From an uncultured Selenomonas sp. (GTDB lineage: Bacteria > Bacillota > Negativicutes > Selenomonadales > Selenomonadaceae), in assembly GCA_902766095.1 (NCBI GenBank), contig CACXCN010000043.1, forward strand, positions 70 to 64,069: 64,000 bases of DNA, read 5' to 3'. Made by a program: the position numbers and the translations under genes. The notes below the pieces were generated by a model. The model made no database searches. It was not told where the DNA came from and saw only the letters and a program-made list of their open reading frames with translations. Of the stretch, positions 56,513 to 64,000 are shown piece after piece. The number at the start of each line of letters is the position of its first letter. Positions within the stretch are counted from its first letter, which is position 1.

Positions 56513-58171
56513 TCATTTCGTCATCTCAGCTACGACGGACTGGCTCGTGCTCGGTGCCGACTGCTGGACAGTCGAGCCAGCTGCCGCATCAGCGGCTTCC
56601 TTATTGGCCCGGGCAGCCTTGGCGGACTCGCTCTTCACCTCATGAACCTCATGCTTCTTCGCCGTATCGGCTACCTTCTGCTTCTTGGCAGCCTTGCGGG
56701 CCTCCGCATAGGACTGATGATCAGCCTTCATCTCCGCCTTGCTTGCATCCTTGGCTTCCTTCGTGGACTCGAATACCGCGAGGTCATTCGTCTTCGCCGT
56801 GTCACGGGCCTGGTTGGCCGTGTAGCCAGCCTTCGTAGCCTCTGTATACTTCGCCGCATCGAGATCGACCGGTATGCCCATGGCCTGGTCGAGCTGAGCC
56901 TTGCTCGTGTTGTAGTTGTACAGGGCTGTGTAGTAGTTCGTACGGGCCGAAGTCAGCTTCTCATTCGCGTCCATGACATCGAGGTTCGTACCTACGCCAG
57001 CGCTGTAGCGGACCTGGGCGATCTTGTAGTCCTCTTCCGCCTGAGCTACAGCCACCGAGGTCGTCTGTATATTCTTCTCGGCTGCCTGCAGGTTCAGATA
57101 AGCCGTGCGGACGCCAAGCTGCACGGACTCCTGCGACTCGCGCACGGATTCCTGTGCCTTGAGCAGCGTGGCCTCTGCCTGATGCACCTTGGCTGCCGTC
57201 ACATTGTTGTCAAAGAAATCCCACGAGGCATTCACACCGGCTGACCAGCTGTCGCTCGACGTATGGTCATCATCGAACGCATCCGATCCGGCTATGGATT
57301 TCGTCGCCGATGCCGCTACGGTCGGATAGTTGCCGGCCTTGGCCGCAGCAATGCCAGCCTCCGCCTGCTTCACGGCCATGTGCGCCGCCAGGAGGTCCGG
57401 CCGGTTGGCCAGCGCATACGCCGTGCAGTCAGACTGCGTCAGGTTGTATTTCGTATATTTGAGCTGATCATTGATCTCGAGCACGGTGTCCGTAGGCAGG
57501 CCGATGATATTGTTCAGCTTGGCCATGGCGACATCGTAGTTGTTCTGAGCCGTCACGAGGTCCTGCTGAGCATTGGCCAGCTGCACCTGCGAGGCCAGCA
57601 CATCGGATTTAGCGACCGTGCCGACGCGATACTGGGCGTTGACATTGTCGAGATGCTCCTGCAGCGTATCGACGGACTCCTGCTCGACCTGGATCAGGTT
57701 GCGGCACTGCAGGACATTGTAGTAGCCAGCCGTAGCCGACTCGCGGATGGACTGCTTCGTCGACTCGAGCGCGAGGTCGGCACTCGACAGGCCGTACTTC
57801 GCCGACTCGATGCCGCTCTTTATCGCGCCGCTGTAGAGCGGTATGCTCATCGTCGCGCTGTTGCCGTAGTTATAATCATAGTCACCAGTCATGCGTGCCT
57901 GGTCATACGCCTTGCCGCCGATGCGGTTGGCCGTAGTCGTCCAGTTCAGCTTCGGGCCCATCTGACGACGGTACTGCGAAAGCGACCAGCGCGCCGAATC
58001 AACATCGGTCAGCGATTCCTTTATCGTCCGGTTGTTCTCGAGTGCCATGCGCACACTGTCATGCAGGTCGAGCTGGACACGATCGGCTGCCGCCGCCAGA
58101 CCGCCCAGACTGGCGGTGAGCAGTCCTGTCAGAACCATACTGGTCAGTTTTTTATAGATACCGTGTTTCAT
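56513..58171 (-). CDS. TolC-like outer-membrane efflux protein with a ~120-aa Lys/Ala/Glu-rich C-terminal tail
   Basis: Signal peptide. Two OEP repeats (LDLHDSVRMALENNRTIKES..., LTQSDCTAYALANRPDLLAA...). ATG at 58171 after GGGAGGA. Confidence 0.88.
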   Translation of the reverse strand: MKHGIYKKLTSMVLTGLLTASLGGLAAAADRVQLDLHDSVRMALENNRTIKESLTDVDSARWSLSQYRRQMGPKLNWTTTANRIGGKAYDQARMTGDYDYNYGNSATMSIPLYSGAIKSGIESAKYGLSSADLALESTKQSIRESATAGYYNVLQCRNLIQVEQESVDTLQEHLDNVNAQYRVGTVAKSDVLASQVQLANAQQDLVTAQNNYDVAMAKLNNIIGLPTDTVLEINDQLKYTKYNLTQSDCTAYALANRPDLLAAHMAVKQAEAGIAAAKAGNYPTVAASATKSIAGSDAFDDDHTSSDSWSAGVNASWDFFDNNVTAAKVHQAEATLLKAQESVRESQESVQLGVRTAYLNLQAAEKNIQTTSVAVAQAEEDYKIAQVRYSAGVGTNLDVMDANEKLTSARTNYYTALYNYNTSKAQLDQAMGIPVDLDAAKYTEATKAGYTANQARDTAKTNDLAVFESTKEAKDASKAEMKADHQSYAEARKAAKKQKVADTAKKHEVHEVKSESAKAARANKEAADAAAGSTVQQSAPSTSQSVVAEMTK

Positions 58172-58349
58172 TTCTTGTTTATCCTCCCTAAGCTTTTTGA
58201 ACGCATATAGAAGCATATAACAGGGCAGTCGGGCGCCGGTATGGAAACTCTCCCTGGCACTGGCGGCCTCTTTATAGCATGAAGACATCATGGGGCTGTG
58301 TCCATTATGCCTGCAACAGACTAAGATATAGCGAAAGATTTATATGTTA

Positions 58350-59633
58350 TCAGTTAAAATACTGGCGCAATCCGAAATAAAAGACGCGCTTGTCACTGTC
58401 ATTGACGTTATTCCACTGTCCGAGGAGCGATGTCCCGCTATCCCCGAGGTCGTAGCGGCCGCGCAGGCGCAGCGTCACATCATCCGGATCATAGGCATCG
58501 AGCGACAGGTGTGCCCGGCCCTTGTCGGCATCGAGCCCGATTCCGGCCTCGCCATTGATGACGCCGCCGCGCACATCCAGTCCATGACGATGGCGGCCGA
58601 CCATGGCATTGACGCCATCGTCACCGCCGATATCATCGACACCGAGCGACAGGAAATTCCCCTTCTCCGGGCCGAGCTCGACGTTGAAATTCGTAGCCCA
58701 GTCATGCTCTGCCCCGCTGTACAGGACATCTGCCTGAGGCTTTATCTTTATCTTTTCGAGCTTCGCCATCGTGTTTCCTGCTTTATCGGTGATCTTGCGC
58801 GCCTTGTGGATGATCTCCTTGGCATCATCCTTGACCTTCTCATCGGTCGTTATTTCCTCGATGCCCTGCGCGGCATGGTTGATGCGCTGGCTGGCCTCCG
58901 TGATGTTCTGCAGGGTCAGGCGCAGGTTCTCGGCGGTCTGCGGGTCAGCACCCACTGTAGCCAGGTTATCCATCATGGCTTCGACCGTATTCGCTGTGCG
59001 GTCGAGGCTTGCCGCCATGTGGTTCAGATTCGTCAGCATGCTGTTCACATTGCCCTGATTCTGCACGGCCATCGACTCGAGCGCAGCCATCATGCCGTTC
59101 AGATGCGCGGTCGTATCGCGCAGGTTGACGGCCAGCTCGATGAACGAACTCTGGAATTTCGGATTGCCCACGACCGTATTCAGAGACGTCATGAGCTGCT
59201 GCGCCTGTTCGACGACCTTGTTCAGGCCAGTGAACAGCGAGTCCATGCCAGCCTCGTCCTCGCCGATCAGGTAATCGCCATCGGACAGATAATCATCGCT
59301 TTGAACCGGAGTGATATTCAGGAACTTATCGCCCATGACACCGGTCGAGCCCACCGTCACCGAGGAGCCACGCGGTATTTTGGCATCGCCGTTTATCTTC
59401 ATGGCCACGGTCACGCCGCCGCCGTCATTCTTCACACTTTCGACAGTGCCGACCGGCACGCCGGACAGCCGGACGACCGATTGCTCCTGCACGCCGATGA
59501 CCTGGTCGAAGCCAGCATAGAGCCTGTACCCTTTATCACCCTTCAGTGACACCCCCGACAGCATTATGACTACCGCTGCCAGCAGGGCCAGTCCCGCGAT
59601 GGTAAAGGCGCCAACCTTTGCTTCAGTGCTCAT
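58350..59633 (-). CDS. mlaD: Long MlaD: TM anchor plus MCE domain plus helical stalk plus C-terminal beta-rich (barrel-like) domain
   Basis: MCE: YRLYAGFDQVIGVQEQSVVRLSGVPVGTVESV...GDKFLNITP. Amino acids ~125-290 are helical. Amino acids ~295-427 have alternating beta-strand patterning and end FYFGLRQYFN. Overlaps mlaF by 4 nt. Confidence 0.85.
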   Translation of the reverse strand: MSTEAKVGAFTIAGLALLAAVVIMLSGVSLKGDKGYRLYAGFDQVIGVQEQSVVRLSGVPVGTVESVKNDGGGVTVAMKINGDAKIPRGSSVTVGSTGVMGDKFLNITPVQSDDYLSDGDYLIGEDEAGMDSLFTGLNKVVEQAQQLMTSLNTVVGNPKFQSSFIELAVNLRDTTAHLNGMMAALESMAVQNQGNVNSMLTNLNHMAASLDRTANTVEAMMDNLATVGADPQTAENLRLTLQNITEASQRINHAAQGIEEITTDEKVKDDAKEIIHKARKITDKAGNTMAKLEKIKIKPQADVLYSGAEHDWATNFNVELGPEKGNFLSLGVDDIGGDDGVNAMVGRHRHGLDVRGGVINGEAGIGLDADKGRAHLSLDAYDPDDVTLRLRGRYDLGDSGTSLLGQWNNVNDSDKRVFYFGLRQYFN

Positions 59634-60376
59634 ACTGCGTCCTCCTTCACCGTGCGCAGCGTATGGAAGAATGCCTGAACGCGCGGATCCTTCAGTTGTT
59701 TGAATTTCTCTACGGTATCTACGGCTATGAGCTCACCCTCATAAATCATGGCGATGCGGTCCGCGATGCGGCAGGCACTGGCCATGTCATGGGTGACGAC
59801 GACCGACGTCACCCCCAGAGCTCTCTGCGTATGGATGATGAGCTCGTCGATCTTCTCGCTCATGATGGGGTCCAGACCGGAGCTCGGCTCATCGTACAGG
59901 ATGATCTCAGGCTCGAATGCTATGGCCCGCGCCAGGCTCACACGCTTCTTCATGCCGCCGGAAAGCTCATTCGGCATCATGTTCTCGACATCATCGAGGC
60001 CGACCAGATGAAGCTTCTCGCGCACGATTTGCTTGATCTCGGCCTCGGGCTTGCGCGTATGCTCGCGCAGCCCGAAAGCCACATTATCCCCCACGGTCAT
60101 GGAGTCGAACAGGGCCGAGTACTGGAATACCATGCCCATATGGAGCCGGACCCGGTCGAGCTCGGCCTCCGATATCTGCGATATCTCGGTATCACCGATC
60201 CATATCTCTCCCGACGTCGGCCGGATGAGACCGATGAGCAGGCGCAGCAGAGTAGACTTGCCAGAGCCCGAGCCACCGATGATTGCCAGTGTCTCGCCGT
60301 CATTTATAGTGAGCGTCAGCGGGTGCAGGGCTTCCCTGTCCCCGAAGCTTTTTGTCACATCAATGAGCTTAATCAT
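59630..60376 (-). CDS. mlaF: ABC transporter ATP-binding protein MlaF
   Basis: Walker A GGSGSGKSTLL; signature LSGGMKKRVSLARA; Walker B IILYDEPSSGLD. Confidence 0.9.
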   Translation of the reverse strand: MIKLIDVTKSFGDREALHPLTLTINDGETLAIIGGSGSGKSTLLRLLIGLIRPTSGEIWIGDTEISQISEAELDRVRLHMGMVFQYSALFDSMTVGDNVAFGLREHTRKPEAEIKQIVREKLHLVGLDDVENMMPNELSGGMKKRVSLARAIAFEPEIILYDEPSSGLDPIMSEKIDELIIHTQRALGVTSVVVTHDMASACRIADRIAMIYEGELIAVDTVEKFKQLKDPRVQAFFHTLRTVKEDAV

Positions 60377-60408
60377 AGCATGTCCTCATTAAAAAACCAT
60401 AGCAGAAG

Positions 60409-61176
60409 TCAATACAAAATGAATGTCAGTAACGCATTCAGGATGAATATCACTATTATAGAAGCCACGACCGTGCGCGTGGTGGCCTTGCCGACGCCAG
60501 CCGCCCCCTCCGGGCTTTTCAGCCCGTAATAGCAGCCGAGTACCGCTATGACATTGCCGAAGAAGACCGCCTTTATGATGCCGCCCGTGAGATCGAATAC
60601 CTCGACGAACGTATGGATGGAATTCATGTAGGTAAATGAGCTGATACCGGAATAGTAGACAGCTATGAGCCAGCCGCCGAATACGCCGATGACATCGCCG
60701 AACACCGTCAGCAATGGCACGACGAGCATACAGGCGATCATGCGCGGCACGATGAGATAGTTGACCGGATTCACGGCCATGACACGCAGGGCATCGATCT
60801 GCTCAGTGACCTTCATCGTCGATACCTCAGCCGTGATGGCAGCGCCGACGCGACCCGCACAGACGACGCCGACGAGCACCGGACCGAGCTCGCGCCCGAT
60901 GGCGATGGATATGATACCGCCGATCGTCCCCTGCGCCCCGAACCGTATGAGTATATCCGCCGTCTGCAGCGTGAACACGACACCTGTGAACATCAGCGTC
61001 AGACTGACGATGAGCAGCGAATCGACGCCGAGATGCGACATCTGGGCCAGTATGGCACCGAAGCGCGGCCGTCGCGCCACCTCACGCAGGGTATCGCGGT
61101 ACAGCAGCACGATCGTGCCGAATTCCTCGAACCGGCGGATCACGAAGCCACCGATTGCCGCCAGAAAACGCTCCAA
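60409..61176 (-). CDS. mlaE: ABC transporter permease MlaE
   Basis: 255 aa, MlaE/YrbE pattern ...GIGREL(G)PVL...VSTMKVTEQIDAL. TTG start with a GGAGGGGAG RBS. Confidence 0.88.
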   Translation of the reverse strand: MERFLAAIGGFVIRRFEEFGTIVLLYRDTLREVARRPRFGAILAQMSHLGVDSLLIVSLTLMFTGVVFTLQTADILIRFGAQGTIGGIISIAIGRELGPVLVGVVCAGRVGAAITAEVSTMKVTEQIDALRVMAVNPVNYLIVPRMIACMLVVPLLTVFGDVIGVFGGWLIAVYYSGISSFTYMNSIHTFVEVFDLTGGIIKAVFFGNVIAVLGCYYGLKSPEGAAGVGKATTRTVVASIIVIFILNALLTFILY

Positions 61177-61314
61177 TATGATGACTCCCCTCCTGCATGC
61201 CGTACGCGCCGGCTGGCATTCCTAACAAGTCGGCAGGGCCGGCGCCGTTCCCTGTCAACCAACGATAACTTAGTTTACTATTTTTTCTGCCTTTTGGCAA
61301 GAATATTGATTTGT

Positions 61315-62001
61315 TCAATCATTCGCTGCAGGAGCCAGGCGGTCATGAAGCGCATCGAGCTCCTGCAGGGCATTGCGGCGCAGCTCCTCGAGCAGCGCGT
61401 TCAGCGTCGGCTTATCCGGAACATATTCGAGTGCCGGGCTCATGTTGCCGATGACGGCGAACACGAATGGTGCCAATACCGTCATCATGGCCGCATAGAG
61501 CTTGCTCGTGTCTGCACCGCAGCCCAGATATCTGGCAAAGCTGCGCCGGACGAGCTCGAACTTCGGCATGGCTTCCTTCACGATGACCTGTTTCAGTACG
61601 GGTGAAGGCGAGAGCATCTCCCGCACCCAGACTTTCACATACCAGTCATCATGCCGCTGAGCCGCCTGCACCAGCATGGACAGGAACAGCTCGATGGCAT
61701 CGCGGGCTTCATGCTCCTCGCTGATGGCCTGCAATGCCTCGAGCCGGACCAGCTGGTTGTGGGCCTCGACGAGCACGGCCTCGTAGACGCCATCCCGACT
61801 GCCGAAATGATAGTTCACGGCCGCCTGATTCACACCCGCCTGCTGGCAGATCTCTTTCGAGGTAGCCTTGTAATAGCCATCGCGCGCAAAGATGCGACCA
61901 GCGCATTCGATGATGCGCTGGCGTGTCTCCTCGCCATCGCTGCGCCGGGCCGGCCGCTGGCTGCTGTCACTGGCTTTCTTGTTGCTTTTCGCTGGTTCCA
62001 C
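61315..62001 (-). CDS. TetR-family transcriptional regulator
   Basis: TRQRIIECAGRIFARDGYYKATSKEICQQAGVNQAAVNYHFGSRDGVY. GTG start after AGGGGGA. Confidence 0.88.
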   Translation of the reverse strand: MEPAKSNKKASDSSQRPARRSDGEETRQRIIECAGRIFARDGYYKATSKEICQQAGVNQAAVNYHFGSRDGVYEAVLVEAHNQLVRLEALQAISEEHEARDAIELFLSMLVQAAQRHDDWYVKVWVREMLSPSPVLKQVIVKEAMPKFELVRRSFARYLGCGADTSKLYAAMMTVLAPFVFAVIGNMSPALEYVPDKPTLNALLEELRRNALQELDALHDRLAPAAND

Positions 62002-62075
62002 GCTCAGTCCCCCTGTCCTGTCAGGCAGCAGGACATACCTGCTGACACACTCCCGATTTTAACACAAATACCGCT

Positions 62076-63200
62076 TCATGCCAATTTATGGCGGAACATC
62101 CAGGCGGCCACCGGCATCGTGATGCAAGTGATGATCAGCAGCGGGACAAAATTGCCCGCGATGAGCCCGAACGAGGCCCCCTCGAGGTAGACGCGCCGCA
62201 ACGCCTCGAGGGCGAAGCGCAGCGGATTCACGTAAGTGAAGTACTGCATCCACACCGGCATGTTGGCGACCGGCGTTGCCAGACCGGACAGCAATATCAT
62301 CGGCAGCATACAGGTGAAATTGTACACCATGACCTGCTGCATCGTAGCTGATATGGCCGATATCGTGAGGCCGATGCCGACGCAGGATATCAGGAACACG
62401 ACGATGACGAGGTACAGCAGCCCCACTGAGCCGGCGAACGGCACCCGGAACCAGAACAGGGCCAGCAGGAACATGAGCGTGCACTGGAATACTCCGACGA
62501 GTATCGGCGGAACCGCCTTGCCGATGAGGATTTCCTGCGGCTGGAGCGGCGTGACGAGCAACTGGTCGAACGTCCCATTCTCGCGCTCGCGGGCAACGGA
62601 CAGTCCGGCCAGCATCATCACCTGCGTCAGGGCCAGCACGCCGATGAGCTGCGGCATGAACATCCATCTCGTCAGCTCGTTCGGGTTGTACCAGATGCGC
62701 GAGACCAGCGTGACCAGTCCTTTCTGGCCAGTGAGCTCCTGGCTGCAGGTGGCGGCGATGCTGCTCACGTAGCCCGCGGCCGTGTCGGCTGTGACGGGAT
62801 TGCGTCCATCGGTTATGACCTGTACACTGGCCGTCTCGCCGCGGCTGATGCGCTCGGCGAAATCCTGGCCGATATGGATGACGATCATGGCCTGACCGGT
62901 ATCGATGGGACTGGCGATATCTGCCGTCCCCTGCATGGTCGCCACGCGCTCGAATATGCCGCTGCCATCGAGATGGGCGATGAATTCCGTCGCATAGTGG
63001 CTGTGGCTCTCATCCACCAGGGCATAGGGAACGCTGTCGAGATTATAGGTTGCAGCATAGCCGAATACGATTCCCTGGATGATTACCGGCATGATCAGGA
63101 CGAAACGGCTCTTCGGATCTTTCATGGTGGCGAGCAGTTCCTTGCGGATGATGACCATGATGAGCCGGAGTCTCATGAGGAACTTGTTATTTGCCTTCAT
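62076..63200 (-). CDS. ABC-2 type exporter permease (YbhR/YbhS/YhhJ-like)
   Basis: 374 aa. N-terminal TM segment, a ~150-aa extracytoplasmic loop and five C-terminal TM segments, with ...RERENGTFDQLLVTP. Confidence 0.85.
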   Translation of the reverse strand: MKANNKFLMRLRLIMVIIRKELLATMKDPKSRFVLIMPVIIQGIVFGYAATYNLDSVPYALVDESHSHYATEFIAHLDGSGIFERVATMQGTADIASPIDTGQAMIVIHIGQDFAERISRGETASVQVITDGRNPVTADTAAGYVSSIAATCSQELTGQKGLVTLVSRIWYNPNELTRWMFMPQLIGVLALTQVMMLAGLSVARERENGTFDQLLVTPLQPQEILIGKAVPPILVGVFQCTLMFLLALFWFRVPFAGSVGLLYLVIVVFLISCVGIGLTISAISATMQQVMVYNFTCMLPMILLSGLATPVANMPVWMQYFTYVNPLRFALEALRRVYLEGASFGLIAGNFVPLLIITCITMPVAAWMFRHKLA

Positions 63201-63227
63201 TGCTTCTTCCCCTCGCGGTTAGCAGAT

Positions 63228-64000
63228 TCAGTCGAGTTTCTTGCGCGTCAGGCGCAGCGACAGCAGCAGGAATACGACGGCGTAGCCGGCCAGCACGCAG
63301 GTATTGCGGACGGCCAGATACGGGTTGTCCCCTGCGAGAAACAGCGTTTTGATCAGTTCCATATAATAGGTCGCAGGCATGACATGGCCGATGATATTCA
63401 CCACCGCCGGCACGCTGTGCAGATCGAAGATGAAGCCGCTCAGCATGACCGTCGGCAGCAGGCCGATGAACAGGGCCATCTGGCAGGCGAGGAACTGCGA
63501 CCGCACCACGGCCGATATCGTGAGTCCCATGCACACGGCGACGATGATATAGATCCCCAAGGCCAGCGCCAGTACGGGGATCGACCCCAGCAGCGGTACA
63601 TCATAGCCATAGATAGCCGTCAGGACGCAGAGCGTGAAGCCGATGCCCGCTATGCAGGAATAGGGGATGATCTTGGCGATGATGATCTCGAGTGACTGCG
63701 CCGGAGTGACGAAGAGCGACTCAAGCGTGCCGCGCTCCCACTCCCGGGCCATGACGAGCGCCGTCAGGAATACGCCGACGAGCGTCAGGACGATGACGAT
63801 GAGCCCGGGAATGAAGAGATATGTGCTCGTATTCGCATCGTTGAACCACTGGCGCGTCACGACAGTGACTCCGCCGCGCGTGCCAGTGGCAGCCCCCGCA
63901 TGTCTGGCGCTGTAGTCCGCCTGCCAGCTCGCCAGGCCGGCACTCAGATAACTCCGGGCCGAGGCGGCCGTCGTCGCATTCGCCCCATACAGTATGGCCT
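63228..64000 (-). CDS. Second ABC-2 type exporter permease; the 5' end lies beyond the right edge
   Basis: ...MAREWERGTLESLFVTP plus five TM segments. The same frame stays open from 63860 to the window edge, so the ORF-track start is an artefact. Confidence 0.8.
   Translation of the reverse strand, partial: AILYGANATTAASARSYLSAGLASWQADYSARHAGAATGTRGGVTVVTRQWFNDANTSTYLFIPGLIVIVLTLVGVFLTALVMAREWERGTLESLFVTPAQSLEIIIAKIIPYSCIAGIGFTLCVLTAIYGYDVPLLGSIPVLALALGIYIIVAVCMGLTISAVVRSQFLACQMALFIGLLPTVMLSGFIFDLHSVPAVVNIIGHVMPATYYMELIKTLFLAGDNPYLAVRNTCVLAGYAVVFLLLSLRLTRKKLD

Noticed and set aside
63228-63860. ORF-track start (GTG at 63860) for the last ABC-2 permease
   Set aside because: The same frame stays open to position 64000 and the visible part is only the C-terminal two-thirds of the family architecture. 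The gene is truncated by the window edge, not by this start.

Overview
Chromosomal, mostly core-genome window. About 95% of the coding sequence is on the minus strand. It combines Firmicute-type synteny with a full outer-membrane (OM) gene set, so I infer a diderm Firmicute (Negativicutes, Selenomonadales-like). That taxon call is inference only. Blocks, left to right in window coordinates (the genes are transcribed right to left): (1) dprA-topA-trmFO-hslV-hslU-codY, as in Bacillus but without xerC/codV. (2) folB, then an NlpC/P60 hydrolase behind a c-di-AMP (ydaO-class) riboswitch, type-A RNase P RNA, deoD, an FAD protein, an NhaC-family transporter, an SDR and hup. (3) pyrG, a multi-zinc-ribbon ORF in the fin/yabK position, mfd and a yabN-like methylase; upstream of these, DUF1934-argS and a delta-like HARE-HTH protein. 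(4) A small low-GC islet with an XRE regulator and a decayed KilA-N gene. (5) A chemotaxis/flagellar block: MCP, CheX, REC-CheX, then flgB-flgC-fliE-F-G-H-I-J, an SLT transglycosylase and a YlxF/MotE-like gene. (6) putP. (7) The OM-biogenesis cluster: lpxL-like, lpxD, three Skp/OmpH paralogues, an OMP-like ORF translationally coupled to bamA, bamA, a Pro/Ala-rich membrane protein, a sigma factor, tamB, a tolC-like gene and mlaEFD with a long MlaD. This is followed by tetR and two ABC-2 permeases. I found no CRISPR array, rRNA, tRNA, intact mobile element or recognisable defence system. The items most worth a second look are: a ~300-bp structured intergenic repeat family (three full copies plus a 3 x 98-bp tandem array); a CodY with a ~130-aa insertion inside its DNA-binding domain; the uncharacterised genes inside the OM cluster (the OMP-like ORF coupled to bamA, a giant membrane-anchored Skp, and a sigma factor with a downstream membrane protein); a Fin-position zinc-ribbon protein; and a delta-like protein with a basic rather than acidic tail. 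The many long plus-strand ORFs in the track are antisense shadows of high-GC genes. All homology calls come from reading motifs by eye; no searches were run.
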